The position numbers and the translations under genes were made by a program. Below, in pieces: positions 1-10,354 of a stretch of 50,722 bases of DNA; within the stretch, counting starts at the first letter, position 1, and the number at the start of each line of letters is the position of its first letter. Below the pieces are notes generated by a model. The model was given only the letters and a program-made list of their open reading frames with translations, searched no databases and had not been told where the DNA came from. Origin of the DNA: an uncultured Bacillales bacterium (lineage in GTDB: Bacteria > Bacillota_I > Bacilli_A > RF39 > UBA660). The stretch spans positions 1 to 50,722 of the forward strand of contig CAMOID010000004.1 in assembly GCA_946615975.1 (NCBI GenBank). The letters are read 5' to 3'.

Positions 1-88
1 AAAATATAAAATAAATCTTCTTTTTTAGAAGATTTTTTTATTTATATGTTGTATAATAGAAAACATAAATTTACTTTTGGAGGATAAT

Positions 89-1009
89 ATGGCAACTAGA
101 GAAGACTACGATAGATATAAATTATTATTAGGTACTCCACCAGAATGGTTAAAAAAATATTTAGATTTAGATATCTTAGATAGATTAAATGATATATCTT
201 TATTATGTGGAATGGAATATGCTTCTCATGATATATACAATTTTGCTTTTTCAATATCTAGATATGAGCATAGTTTAAATGTAGCACTTATAACATGGGC
301 ATTAACTCATGATAAAAATGCTACTTTAGGAGCATTATTCCATGATGCATCTTCACCAGTATTTTCACACTGTGTTGATTATATGAATGGTGATTATGTT
401 AAACAAGAATCTACTGAAGAAAAAACTGATGAAGTATTATTCTCATGTGATGATTTAAAAAGATATTTAAAATTAGATAATGTTAGTATTGAAGATGTTG
501 TTAATTTCAAACAATATTCAGTAGTTGATTTGCCTAGACCTTATATGTGTGCAGATCGTTTAGATAATTGTATAGGAGTAGGAATGGCTTGGTGTCAAAA
601 ATTAACATATGAAGATGCTTTAAAAGTATTACAAAGTGTTAGATTAACACCAAATGAAAATGGTATATATGAAATATCATTTAACGATAAAGAAGCTGCA
701 GATATTATTTATAATATAAATGATGATATAAATAGATTAACTCATACTAATTCAGATACTTATATGATGTTATTAGTATCTAAAATTATTAAGAAATTAA
801 TATTATTAAATCTTGTTACATATGATGATTTATTTAAATTAAGAGAAAAAGATATAATAGATATATTAGAAGATAATAATCATTTAGATGTTGAATTAGA
901 AAAACTATATGATGAGTTTAAAACTATTAAAGAAGCACCTATAATTAAACAACCTGATATTAAGAATAAAACACTTAATCCTTTAGTAAAAGAAAAACGT
1001 TTAAAATAG
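89..1009 (+). CDS. HD-domain metal-dependent phosphohydrolase (COG1078-like)
   Basis: Motifs SRYEHSLNVA, ALFHDAS and CADRLD give the H..HD..D set; start moved to ATG 89 behind GGAGG. Confidence 0.8.
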   Translation: MATREDYDRYKLLLGTPPEWLKKYLDLDILDRLNDISLLCGMEYASHDIYNFAFSISRYEHSLNVALITWALTHDKNATLGALFHDASSPVFSHCVDYMNGDYVKQESTEEKTDEVLFSCDDLKRYLKLDNVSIEDVVNFKQYSVVDLPRPYMCADRLDNCIGVGMAWCQKLTYEDALKVLQSVRLTPNENGIYEISFNDKEAADIIYNINDDINRLTHTNSDTYMMLLVSKIIKKLILLNLVTYDDLFKLREKDIIDILEDNNHLDVELEKLYDEFKTIKEAPIIKQPDIKNKTLNPLVKEKRLK

Positions 1010-1010
1010 T

Positions 1011-1039
1011 TTTACAAATAGAATTAATTGTTATATAAT
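1011..1039 (+). promoter_or_regulatory. sigmaA promoter
   Basis: TTTACA (1011-1016), 17 nt, TATAAT (1034-1039). Confidence 0.7.
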
Positions 1040-1070
1040 AAACGAACATTGTGTTAAGGGGAGACAAAAC

Positions 1071-1865
1071 ATGGAAAAATATGAAGTAAAAGACGTATTA
1101 TTTGGTTTAAGAACTGAATATATTAAAATCGAAGAAGAATTAAACAAAATACGTGAAATGGTAACATTAACTCAAAAGAATGATAAAGTTATGTTTTCTA
1201 TTTTAAGAGAAAAGGATAAAGAAACTGATAAAAATATTACTAGTTTAAAATTAAACTTATTAAGAAGACAATCTTTCATTTTAAGTTTAATTCAAAAAAT
1301 AGGTAAAAATGTTGCTGGATTAAATGATAAAACTACTGATATAGCAAAAACATTTAGTGGAGATTTACATAGAATGATTATTGGTAATTCTGAAATAATA
1401 TTACCTGAAGGTGTAGATGCTAATGATTTATATAAATCAGTTGAAAATGTAATATCAAGTGATATGGTTCGTAATACACCACATATCTTTAGATATAATG
1501 AACCATATAGTGCTGATGTTGGTATTTTAAGAGAATTAAATATTAGTGCATTAGGATTAAATGTTAATTCATGGGAAACTAAGACAAATCATCAAACAAC
1601 TCCATCTGAATTCGTATCTTATGTTCTTGATGGCGATATGTTAAAATATGCATGCTATTATGATTTAGCAATGTCTCCATCATTAAGTAGATGTTTACAT
1701 TCTCAAGTTGATGCAGATTTATTAAATCCAATAGAAAAGAAAATAATTGATAATAGTGATGTTAAAAATAAAAAATTAACTATCGAAGAATATTCTATTT
1801 TAAATGAAAATCAAGATTTTTCTATTGAAGATACTCATGATGAAATTATATTAAGAAAAAAATAG
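1071..1865 (+). CDS. hypothetical protein
   Basis: 264-aa ORF with own promoter and GGGGAG RBS; no family recognised. Confidence 0.75.
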   Translation: MEKYEVKDVLFGLRTEYIKIEEELNKIREMVTLTQKNDKVMFSILREKDKETDKNITSLKLNLLRRQSFILSLIQKIGKNVAGLNDKTTDIAKTFSGDLHRMIIGNSEIILPEGVDANDLYKSVENVISSDMVRNTPHIFRYNEPYSADVGILRELNISALGLNVNSWETKTNHQTTPSEFVSYVLDGDMLKYACYYDLAMSPSLSRCLHSQVDADLLNPIEKKIIDNSDVKNKKLTIEEYSILNENQDFSIEDTHDEIILRKK

Positions 1866-1902
1866 TTTAGTAATAGTTTACTAAACTTTTTTATGCTATA
1901 AT
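1864..1902 (+). terminator. intrinsic terminator fused to extended -10 promoter
   Basis: AGTTTAGTAA/TTACTAAACT stem, T-run, then TGCTATAAT (1894-1902). Confidence 0.75.
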
Positions 1903-1922
1903 TTTCTTAAGGTGATTATAGG

Positions 1923-3083
1923 ATGGCGAAGAAGAGTAAAAATAATAAAAAAATTGAAGAAACCCCTGTAGTTGAAGAAGTAAAAGAAGAAACACCTAAA
2001 AAGAGTGTTAGATCAACTTCTATTGATCACAAATGTCCTAATTGTAATGCTAAATTAAATTTTGATATTAAATTACAAAAATGGAAATGTGATTATTGTG
2101 ATTCTGAATTTACTTTAGAAGAATTACAAAAAAGAATCAATAATGCTGCTACTGCAAAGAAAAATGATGATACTGATGTAGTAGAAGATGATGATACTAC
2201 ATATGTACAATATAATTGTCCAGATTGTGGTGCTGAAATAATTGCTGATGAATTAACAAGTGCAACATTCTGTATTTATTGTGGTAATACAGCTATATTA
2301 AAAAATAAATTAGCAGGTAAATTTAAACCTGATTATATAATTCCTTTTAAGAAGACTGAACAAGATGCAAGAGAAGCTTTTAATAATGTTACAAAAGGTA
2401 AACCTTTTGTTCCTAAATCATTTAAAAGTACTGCTAATATAGAAAAGATAAGAGGAGTATATATTCCTTTCTGGTTATATAGTATTTTCTTAAGTGGTTC
2501 TGTTAAAGTAAGTGCTACAAGATCTACATCTTGGTCATCTGGTAATACACATTATACTAAGACAGATTATTATGATTTAACACGTAAAGGTACAATGCAA
2601 TTTAATAGAATTCCAGTAGATGGATCATCAAGATTTGATGATGCATTAATGAATACTATTGAACCATTTGATTACAGTGAATTAAAAGAATATAATCATG
2701 CATATTTATCAGGATTTATTGCTGAAAAATATGATATAGATAAAACAAGATCATTTAAAGATGCAAGTGATAGATCTAAAGCTACAGCTGATCAAGAATT
2801 CTTAAGTACTTGTACTGGATATTCTTCTAAGTTAGTTACTAGTAGAGATTATTTTCCTAGAACTGATGTATGTGAATATGTTTTATTACCTGTATATATG
2901 GTTAATGTTAAATATAATGGTAAATTCTATACATTTGCTATGAATGGACAAACAGGAGAATTTGTTGGTAATGTTCCAATTTCTCCATTAAAAGTAGTAT
3001 TAAAAACATTTATTGCTTTTGCTATAGCATTTGTAATAGTTTTATTACTTTCAATTATATTCTTTTTTATAGGAGGTAATTAA
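1923..3083 (+). CDS. zinc-ribbon protein with C-terminal membrane anchor
   Basis: Four CxxC pairs (CPNC, CDYC, CPDC, CIYC), GVYIPFWLY and MNGQTGE motifs, C-terminal hydrophobic helix. Confidence 0.75.
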   Translation: MAKKSKNNKKIEETPVVEEVKEETPKKSVRSTSIDHKCPNCNAKLNFDIKLQKWKCDYCDSEFTLEELQKRINNAATAKKNDDTDVVEDDDTTYVQYNCPDCGAEIIADELTSATFCIYCGNTAILKNKLAGKFKPDYIIPFKKTEQDAREAFNNVTKGKPFVPKSFKSTANIEKIRGVYIPFWLYSIFLSGSVKVSATRSTSWSSGNTHYTKTDYYDLTRKGTMQFNRIPVDGSSRFDDALMNTIEPFDYSELKEYNHAYLSGFIAEKYDIDKTRSFKDASDRSKATADQEFLSTCTGYSSKLVTSRDYFPRTDVCEYVLLPVYMVNVKYNGKFYTFAMNGQTGEFVGNVPISPLKVVLKTFIAFAIAFVIVLLLSIIFFFIGGN

Positions 3084-3084
3084 G

Positions 3085-4092
3085 ATGAAGAAGATATTTA
3101 GATTAATTATTATCCTAACATTAGTAATTGTTTTACCAGTTAATGCAACAACAACTACTACAACTACTAAAAAAATTAATTATGTTTTATCTACTACATA
3201 CGCTAATAAAACAGGTGCTAAGTTAGAAGATAATTCAGGTTATACTAATTTATGTAAAAGAGATACATCTAACAACTATGGTGTTACAAAAAAATGGGAA
3301 TTTAATACAGATTATAGAATTAATCGTGCATTAAATACACCATGTGTAGATGTTAATGATTATGTATATGATTTCTCTGATGTATTATCGGAAGAAGATG
3401 AAATTTATATTAAAGAATCTTTAATGGAATTTTCTAAAGAATTTAATATGCCAGCTATTTTTGTAAGTTATAATTTACCTTATACTAATGATAAAGATAA
3501 TGAAGATTTTATAGCTGATTTCTATGATTATAATAGTTTTAATGATAAAGATAATAATTATGATGGTATTGCTATTTTTAGAAATTCATATGCGTTAGAT
3601 CCATATGTTAGAATTATGACATTTGGAGATGCTCAAATGTATTTATATGACTCTAGATATGATTCATTGATATCTGGAGTTAAAAGTTATTTCTTAGTAA
3701 ATAATTATAAAGGTGCTGTTGATTATACATTAAATTATTATAGAGATTGTACAAATTGGGGAGAATTAAAAGGATATTATGTAGATGATTTTGGTTGGAT
3801 TCATAGAAAATGGTATCCAATATGGGGATTATATACATTTATTGGATTAATTGTAGGTCTTATATATATGGGTATAGGATTAGGAAAACATAAAATGGTT
3901 AAGAAAGCATTAGCTGCAAGAGAATATTTTGTTAAAGATTCTCTTAACTTAACTGAAAAGAGTGATGTATTTCTTAGATCACATACATCAAGTTATACAG
4001 TGTCTTCATCATCTGGTGGTGGTGGAGGTGGACATCATTCATCAGGTGGATCATCAGGTGGAGGACATTCTTCCGGTGGAGGACATTTTTAA
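3085..4092 (+). CDS. TPM-domain membrane protein with Gly/Ser-rich tail
   Basis: Signal peptide, YVYDFSDVLS at TPM start, TM helix, SSSSGGGGGG...GGGHF tail typical of the family. Confidence 0.75.
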   Translation: MKKIFRLIIILTLVIVLPVNATTTTTTTKKINYVLSTTYANKTGAKLEDNSGYTNLCKRDTSNNYGVTKKWEFNTDYRINRALNTPCVDVNDYVYDFSDVLSEEDEIYIKESLMEFSKEFNMPAIFVSYNLPYTNDKDNEDFIADFYDYNSFNDKDNNYDGIAIFRNSYALDPYVRIMTFGDAQMYLYDSRYDSLISGVKSYFLVNNYKGAVDYTLNYYRDCTNWGELKGYYVDDFGWIHRKWYPIWGLYTFIGLIVGLIYMGIGLGKHKMVKKALAAREYFVKDSLNLTEKSDVFLRSHTSSYTVSSSSGGGGGGHHSSGGSSGGGHSSGGGHF

Positions 4093-4117
4093 AGAGATAG
4101 TTATTATCTCTTTTTTT
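4092..4117 (+). terminator. intrinsic terminator
   Basis: AAGAGATAG/TTATCTCTT hairpin followed by T-run. Confidence 0.7.
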
Positions 4118-4142
4118 ATTGAAATACAATAAATAGCATGTA

Positions 4143-4176
4143 AATTTGACATAATTTGACATATATGTGCTATAAT
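4143..4176 (+). promoter_or_regulatory. promoter with 10-bp direct repeat (AATTTGACAT x2) upstream of TGCTATAAT
   Basis: TTTGACA-TAA-TTTGACA at 4145-4161; extended -10 at 4168-4176. Confidence 0.6.
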
Positions 4177-4196
4177 ATATTCGAGAAGTGGTTTAT

Positions 4197-4709
4197 ATGA
4201 AATTATTGATTAAAGATAATAAAGATAAGTTATATTTACAAATAAGTGATATTATTTTTATATTCCAACATGAATTAGGTATACCTGATTCAGTTAAACA
4301 AGATTTTAATGGTAAGTTAAGAGTAAAGACTACAAGAGGTCTTGATGATACTCCATATACATTTAAAATGTTTACTGATCCAGCTACTATTGAATATGTT
4401 AATAGTTTAGAATATTTAATTGACTATGATGAATATAAACAATTAAGTGTTCATGATATATATGAGAAAGCTTATCTTTTACAAGATAAAAAACAAGAAT
4501 TGGCTGTAAGTTTTAATAAATTATCTTTAAAAGAAAGAGAAAAGAAACAAGATGTAGTTCAATTATGTGATGAATTAGATTTTAAAATACTTTCTTTAAG
4601 AGATTTAGTATGGTTTAAGGAAGGATCTATCTCTATGATTATTCCTGGATCTAAAAGAGCTAAGAAAAATGAAAAGAAATTATTAAAACAACACAATCCT
4701 AAGATATAG
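4197..4709 (+). CDS. hypothetical protein
   Basis: ORF behind promoter; ATG 4197 preferred over GTG 4188; no family recognised. Confidence 0.7.
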   Translation: MKLLIKDNKDKLYLQISDIIFIFQHELGIPDSVKQDFNGKLRVKTTRGLDDTPYTFKMFTDPATIEYVNSLEYLIDYDEYKQLSVHDIYEKAYLLQDKKQELAVSFNKLSLKEREKKQDVVQLCDELDFKILSLRDLVWFKEGSISMIIPGSKRAKKNEKKLLKQHNPKI

Positions 4710-4719
4710 GTGATTATAT

Positions 4720-5169
4720 ATGTTAGACATCTTTAGAAAATATTATAAAGCTAAAGTAAATAAATTATATGCATTTTTATTAGAACATAAAGAAGATGTT
4801 ATTCTTATTAGAAATTTTATTAAATATCATGAAGATATGCTATCGGGAATGGATCAAGGTATTATAAAATCTACTGGTCCTCTTGATGCTATCTTTTGTT
4901 TTTATAATAGAGATATGAATAGAACTTTAAAAATATTAGAAAGAGAAGATTTGTCTGATAAAAGCCGTAAAGAATATGAAGATTTAGCTTATGCTGATTA
5001 TATGGTTATAAAAGAATTATCAAATGACTTAAAGGAAGTTAAACCTTTATATAATATGTTATATGTAAATATGACATTATTAGAAAAATTAAATAATAAA
5101 TCACCTTTAGAAGATAGAGTTGATTTAAATACTTTATATAATGAAGGACAAAAGAAGGCGTTAGAATGA
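4720..5169 (+). CDS. hypothetical protein
   Basis: AGGTGA RBS; ATGA overlap with next gene. Confidence 0.7.
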   Translation: MLDIFRKYYKAKVNKLYAFLLEHKEDVILIRNFIKYHEDMLSGMDQGIIKSTGPLDAIFCFYNRDMNRTLKILEREDLSDKSRKEYEDLAYADYMVIKELSNDLKEVKPLYNMLYVNMTLLEKLNNKSPLEDRVDLNTLYNEGQKKALE

Positions 5170-5663
5170 TATGTACTGGAAGTTATAATGAATTTATGAA
5201 TCATCAAAATGGTATAAGTATATCAGGTGATAGAGGTAAATCAGTAGATTATAAAGGTAATGCTTATTTAAAATTAGCTCCTAAATATTCTTGGTGGAAA
5301 GAATGGGAAGAATTAAGTAAAAATATAGATTTCCATGATTCAGTCATGTTTTATATGGAAAAGTATTATGAAACTGTATTATCTAAATTAGAACCATTAG
5401 AAGTATATAATGAATTAGATGGTAAAATACTTTTGTGTTATGAAGACAGTGAATATTTTTGCCATAGACATATAGTAGCTGAATGGTTAGAATTATGTTT
5501 AGGTGTTACTGTTCCTGAAGTTAAAAATTATGGTGATAAACTATTAAGAGTTAATAGACCTGCATATATTAAAGAATTATTACCTATAGTAATGAAGAAT
5601 CATGTTTCTAAAAATAAGACTTTAAGTAAAGAAAATGAAAATATTACTCCAATTAAACACTAA
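5166..5663 (+). CDS. DUF488-like protein
   Basis: GISIS...LAPK...ILLCYE...FCHRHIVAEWL pattern. Confidence 0.7.
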   Translation: MICTGSYNEFMNHQNGISISGDRGKSVDYKGNAYLKLAPKYSWWKEWEELSKNIDFHDSVMFYMEKYYETVLSKLEPLEVYNELDGKILLCYEDSEYFCHRHIVAEWLELCLGVTVPEVKNYGDKLLRVNRPAYIKELLPIVMKNHVSKNKTLSKENENITPIKH

Positions 5664-5686
5664 TTGGAGTTTTTATTTGCTATAAT
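5646..5686 (+). terminator. intrinsic terminator fused to extended -10 promoter
   Basis: ACTCCAATTA/TAATTGGAGT stem overlapping the stop, T-run, TGCTATAAT (5678-5686). Confidence 0.75.
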
Positions 5687-5706
5687 TATATAAGAGGGTA
5701 ATATAT

Positions 5707-6768
5707 ATGGCTAAAAGAAAAAGAAGACTTAAAAAAAGTGTTAAGAGATTTCTTTATCTATTTATAGGTATTGTTATTTTAATATGCATATTTAATAATA
5801 AAACAACAGTTAGTCATATTGTAAAAAATGTAGAAAACATAACTTTAAAACATGAAGAAATATTTAATACAGATAAATATTATATGGCATTAGATAGTTC
5901 TATGACTTTTGATTCTTCTAAAATAGAAATAGAAGATAAAAATATATTATCTTTAGATAATAATACTATTAAGGCTATTAAAGTTGGTAATAGTAAGATT
6001 AAAGTTATTAAAGATGATAAATATGATGAATTAGAAATAATAGTTACTGATATTATAAGTGATTATAATATAGATAAAAAAGATAGATTAAAATGTGGAC
6101 AATATAACGAAGAAGATGAAAAACTATTAGAAGATATATTAGCTAATCAAATAGAATTCTATGGTTATAAAACTAGAGCAGGAGTTGTTGCTGCAGAAAG
6201 ATTTTTAAATCTAGAATTTAAATATAGATTAAATTATTTTTATGAAAATGGAAGAATGACCAATAATGAACAATTTGATTTATGTGATGGAGAAGGAAGA
6301 TATTTACATAAAGGATTATATTTAAGTAAGAATGATTATAAAGATATTAAATATAAAAGATCAGGACCTCAAATATGGGGATGTCCTATGTATGAAGAAA
6401 CAAGAAAAGCAAATCAAGATAATGGATTAGATTGTTCAGGATTTGTTACATGGGCTATGTTAAATGCTGGATATGATATACAAGATTATGGAGCATCTGA
6501 TTTATTTGAATTAGGAGAAAAAGTATATTTTACAGATGAAGATGTATTTAATAAAGTTAAAATAGGAGACTTAGTTGGACTTAAAGGACATGTAGCTATG
6601 CTTATTGGTATGAAAGATGATAAATACTATATTTCAGAAGCATTAGATTATGATATGCATATGCTTGTTTATACAAAAAAAGAATTACTTGACAGTAATT
6701 TTAAATTCTTTATTTTAATGGATAATTACTATAAAAAAGATGGTAATTTAACATCTTTTTGGAATTAA
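5707..6768 (+). CDS. membrane-anchored NlpC/P60-family cell-wall peptidase
   Basis: Basic N-terminus plus TM helix, Ig-like segment, GLDCSGFVTWAM (catalytic Cys) and GHVAM (His). Confidence 0.8.
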   Translation: MAKRKRRLKKSVKRFLYLFIGIVILICIFNNKTTVSHIVKNVENITLKHEEIFNTDKYYMALDSSMTFDSSKIEIEDKNILSLDNNTIKAIKVGNSKIKVIKDDKYDELEIIVTDIISDYNIDKKDRLKCGQYNEEDEKLLEDILANQIEFYGYKTRAGVVAAERFLNLEFKYRLNYFYENGRMTNNEQFDLCDGEGRYLHKGLYLSKNDYKDIKYKRSGPQIWGCPMYEETRKANQDNGLDCSGFVTWAMLNAGYDIQDYGASDLFELGEKVYFTDEDVFNKVKIGDLVGLKGHVAMLIGMKDDKYYISEALDYDMHMLVYTKKELLDSNFKFFILMDNYYKKDGNLTSFWN

Positions 6769-6791
6769 ATTATAAAAATTAGATAAAAATG

Positions 6792-6817
6792 TAAAATGTT
6801 GCAACGGCAACATTTTA
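6792..6817. terminator. 11-bp perfect inverted repeat (terminator or operator) upstream of pflB
   Basis: TAAAATGTTGC-AACG-GCAACATTTTA followed by T-rich tract. Confidence 0.55.
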
Positions 6818-6860
6818 TTATTTTGTTAAGTGGTATATTTATACTTGGAGGTAGGATAGT

Positions 6861-9095
6861 ATGAAAGATATGAAAGAATGGAAAAACTTTAAAAGTGGAA
6901 AGTGGCAAGAAGAGGTAAATGTTAGTGACTTTATTAAAGCTAATTATACACCTTATGATGGAGATGAATCGTTCTTAGCTGAACCTACAGAAAAGACTAA
7001 AAGTGTATGGGGTAGATGCGAAGAATTATTAAAAGAAGAATTAAAGAAACATGTATTAGATATTGATACAGTTCATATGTCAGGAATCAATTCATTTGAT
7101 CCAGGATATATAAATGAAGACGATGATGTAATTGTAGGATTACAAACTGATGCACCATTAAAAAGAATTGTTAATCCATACGGCGGCATTCGTATGGTAT
7201 ATCAAGAATTAGATGCATATGGATATAAATTAGATCCAACAGTTGATAAATATTTTAATGAGTTTAGAAAAACACATAATCAAGGTGTATTTGATGCTTA
7301 TGATGATGATATTAGAAAAGCAAGACATGTTGGTTTATTAACTGGTCTTCCTGATGCATATGGAAGAGGTAGAATAATTGGAGATTATAGAAGAATAGCA
7401 TTATATGGTGTTGATTTCTTAATCGAAGAAAAGAAAAAAGATTTAGTTAAATATGATGGTCCAATGACTGAAGATTTAATTAGAACAAGAGAAGAATTAA
7501 ATATGCAAATTAGAGCTCTTGAAGAAATTAAGAAAATGGGAGCATCATATGGATTTGATATTTCTAAACCAGCTAAAAATGCTCAAGAAGCTATTCAATG
7601 GACTTACTTTGGATATTTAGCAGGTGTTAAAGAAAACAATGGTGCTGCTGAATCTTTAGGTAGAGTAGATGCTTTCTTAGATATTTATATTAAGAGAGAT
7701 ATTGAAGATGGAACTTTAACAGAAAAAGCTGCACAAGAATTAATTGATAATTTTATTATTAAATTAAGAATTATAAGACATTTAAGAACTCCTGAATATG
7801 ATGAATTATTCTCAGGAGATCCAACTTGGGTTACTTGTTCATTAGGTGGTGTTACTACTGAAGGTAATTCAATGGTTACTAAAACAAGTTATAGAATGTT
7901 ACATACATTAACTAACTTAGATCCAGCACCAGAACCAAACTTAACAGTTTTATGGGCTGAAATGTTACCTGAAAATTGGAAGAGATATTGTGCTAAAATG
8001 TCTATTCAAACAGATGCAATTCAATATGAAAATGATGATTTAATGAGACCAATTTATGGCGATGATTATGCTATTGCTTGTTGTGTTTCAGCAATGAGAG
8101 TTGGAGTTGATATGCAATTCTTTGGAGCTAGATGTAATTTAGCTAAATCATTATTACTTGCATTAAATGAAGGTAAAGATGAAATGAAAGGTGATTTAGT
8201 ACTTCCAAATATTAAACCAATGAATGATGAAGTATTAGATTATGATAAAGTTAAGAAAGCATATTTTGAAGTACTTGAAAAAGTTGCTGGTATATATGCT
8301 AATGCAATGAATATTATTCATTACATGCATGATAAATATGCATATGAATCAATTCAAATGGCATTACATAATACAGATGTACATAGATATATGGCTTATG
8401 GTGTAGCAGGTTTATCTGTTGCAGTTGATTCATTATCAGCTATTAAATATGCTAAAGTAAGACCTATTAGAAATAAAGATGGTATTACAGAAGATTTTGA
8501 AATAAGTGGAGATTTCCCTAAATATGGAAATGATGATGATAGAGTAGATGAAATAGCAGTTGAATTATTAAATAAATTCTATTCTGAATTAGCTAAACAT
8601 ACTCCTTATAGAAATGCTGAACCAACAATGTCAGTTCTTACAATTACTTCTAATGTTGTATATGGTTCTAAGACTGGTGCTACTCCAGATGGTAGAAAAG
8701 CTGGTGTTGCATTTGCTCCTGGAGCTAACCCAATGCATGGAAGAGATGCATCTGGTGCTATTGCATCATTAAACTCAGTTGCTAAGTTACCATATGAACA
8801 TTGTTGTAAAGATGGTATTAGTAATACATTCTCAATCGTTCCTAGTGCTTTAGGATCTGATTTAGAAGATCAAAAGACTAATTTAGTAAATCTTATGAGT
8901 GGATATTTCTCACAAGGTGCTCATCATTTAAATGTTAATGTTTTAACAAGAGAAACATTAATTGATGCAATGGAAAATCCTGATAAATATCCATTACTAA
9001 CAATTAGAGTATCTGGTTACTCAGTTAGATTTAATAGATTAACTAGAAAACAACAAGAGGAAGTTATTTCTCGTACATTCCATGAGAGTATGTAA
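6861..9095 (+). CDS. pflB: pyruvate formate-lyase (formate C-acetyltransferase)
   Basis: [23 protein letters not shown] Cys pair, TIRVSGY glycyl-radical loop. Confidence 0.97.
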   Translation: MKDMKEWKNFKSGKWQEEVNVSDFIKANYTPYDGDESFLAEPTEKTKSVWGRCEELLKEELKKHVLDIDTVHMSGINSFDPGYINEDDDVIVGLQTDAPLKRIVNPYGGIRMVYQELDAYGYKLDPTVDKYFNEFRKTHNQGVFDAYDDDIRKARHVGLLTGLPDAYGRGRIIGDYRRIALYGVDFLIEEKKKDLVKYDGPMTEDLIRTREELNMQIRALEEIKKMGASYGFDISKPAKNAQEAIQWTYFGYLAGVKENNGAAESLGRVDAFLDIYIKRDIEDGTLTEKAAQELIDNFIIKLRIIRHLRTPEYDELFSGDPTWVTCSLGGVTTEGNSMVTKTSYRMLHTLTNLDPAPEPNLTVLWAEMLPENWKRYCAKMSIQTDAIQYENDDLMRPIYGDDYAIACCVSAMRVGVDMQFFGARCNLAKSLLLALNEGKDEMKGDLVLPNIKPMNDEVLDYDKVKKAYFEVLEKVAGIYANAMNIIHYMHDKYAYESIQMALHNTDVHRYMAYGVAGLSVAVDSLSAIKYAKVRPIRNKDGITEDFEISGDFPKYGNDDDRVDEIAVELLNKFYSELAKHTPYRNAEPTMSVLTITSNVVYGSKTGATPDGRKAGVAFAPGANPMHGRDASGAIASLNSVAKLPYEHCCKDGISNTFSIVPSALGSDLEDQKTNLVNLMSGYFSQGAHHLNVNVLTRETLIDAMENPDKYPLLTIRVSGYSVRFNRLTRKQQEEVISRTFHESM

Positions 9096-9835
9096 TGAAA
9101 GCATCTTTAGCTAGTGTTGAAACATTTGGACTAGTAGATGGTCCAGGTATAAGATGTGTATTCTTCTTAAATGGTTGTATGCTTAGATGCAAATATTGCC
9201 ATAATCCAGAGATGTGGACTAAGGGTGATGAAAATATTACTGTTGATGAAGTAGTAGATAGAGCAGTAAGATGTAAACCTTACTTTAAAGATAATGGTGG
9301 TGTTACTTTTTCAGGGGGTGAACCACTTTTACATAGTAAGTTTATAATAGAATGTGCAAAAGAATTACATAAAAAAGGTATTAATGTTGCTTTAGATACT
9401 GCTGGTGTAGGTTTAGATGATTATGATGAAATATTACCTTATATTGATTTAGTAATATTAGATATTAAACATACTGATCCTAAAGCTTATAAAGTATTAA
9501 CAGGTTTAGAACAAGATAGATCTGAAAGATTTATTGAAGCTTTAAAGAAACATAATACTAAGTTATGGATTAGACAAGTTGTTGTTCCAGGTTTAATGGA
9601 TACAGAAGCTTATATAGATTCTTTAGTAAATTATTTAGATAAATTTACTATATCTAATATAGAAAATATTGAATTCTTACCTTATCATAGATTAGGTAGA
9701 GAAAAATATATTACATTAGGTATTGAATATCCATATGAAAATATGAATGATATGAATAAAGAAAAATGTAATAAATTATTTAATTTATTTAAAGAAAAAT
9801 ATAATAAAACTTATAAAGACTCTAGATTAAACTAG
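9095..9835 (+). CDS. pflA: pyruvate formate-lyase activating enzyme (radical SAM)
   Basis: VDGPGIR, CMLRCKYCHNP, GGVTFSGGEP; coupled to pflB. Confidence 0.95.
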   Translation: MKASLASVETFGLVDGPGIRCVFFLNGCMLRCKYCHNPEMWTKGDENITVDEVVDRAVRCKPYFKDNGGVTFSGGEPLLHSKFIIECAKELHKKGINVALDTAGVGLDDYDEILPYIDLVILDIKHTDPKAYKVLTGLEQDRSERFIEALKKHNTKLWIRQVVVPGLMDTEAYIDSLVNYLDKFTISNIENIEFLPYHRLGREKYITLGIEYPYENMNDMNKEKCNKLFNLFKEKYNKTYKDSRLN

Positions 9836-9854
9836 AGTTTTTTTATGTTATAAT
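9819..9854 (+). terminator. intrinsic terminator fused to extended -10 promoter
   Basis: ACTCTAG/CTAGAGT stem containing the stop, T7, TGTTATAAT (9846-9854). Confidence 0.75.
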
Positions 9855-9871
9855 AAAACTAGGTGATAAAT

Positions 9872-10267
9872 ATGTTTGATTTAATTATGTTAATTATATC
9901 AGTATGTGGTTTATTAGGTTATATATTTAATATTCCAGTTATGACTTATTTATGTGCTGGTATTGTTATAGGTGTAGATATAATTTTATTATTTTTACCA
10001 TTCTTTAGAAAACCTAATTTTGTATCTTTTATATTAGGTCCTATTTTAGGATATTTAATCCAACACTCTATATTAGGAGTAGCTGCTGGTATATGTTTAG
10101 TTGATATTATTTATACTGGTTTATGGTGTTTATTTAGATTATTATTAAAGTTAATTAGAAAAGGTGCTAAGAAAAATAAAGTAAATGATAAATATGTTTG
10201 CTCTAAATGTGGCTTTGAAGTAAAAGAAAATGAAACAGTTTGTCCAAACTGTGGTTCTTCATTTTAA
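9872..10267 (+). CDS. membrane protein with C-terminal zinc ribbon
   Basis: Several hydrophobic helices, CSKC...CPNC at C-terminus; ATG 9872 behind AGGTGA. Confidence 0.7.
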   Translation: MFDLIMLIISVCGLLGYIFNIPVMTYLCAGIVIGVDIILLFLPFFRKPNFVSFILGPILGYLIQHSILGVAAGICLVDIIYTGLWCLFRLLLKLIRKGAKKNKVNDKYVCSKCGFEVKENETVCPNCGSSF

Positions 10268-10270
10268 TAG

Positions 10271-10300
10271 AAAAGATTAAGTAAACTACTTAATCTTTTT
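10271..10300 (+). terminator. intrinsic terminator
   Basis: AAAAGATTAAGTA/TACTTAATCTTTT hairpin; TGTTATAAT follows at 10321-10329. Confidence 0.75.
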
Positions 10301-10354
10301 ATTTATTTTAATAATATATATGTTATAATTAATGTAATAATAGGAGGTTCGAGT

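Noticed and set aside
3148-3168. ACA/ACT trinucleotide run (Thr7), and the 9-bp repeat encoding TETTETTE near 35709-35733
   Set aside because: In-frame low-complexity linkers; slippage would not shift frame, so not phase-variation switches
4197-5663. Prophage remnant
   Set aside because: No structural, integrase or replication genes; composition and signals match the flanking chromosome
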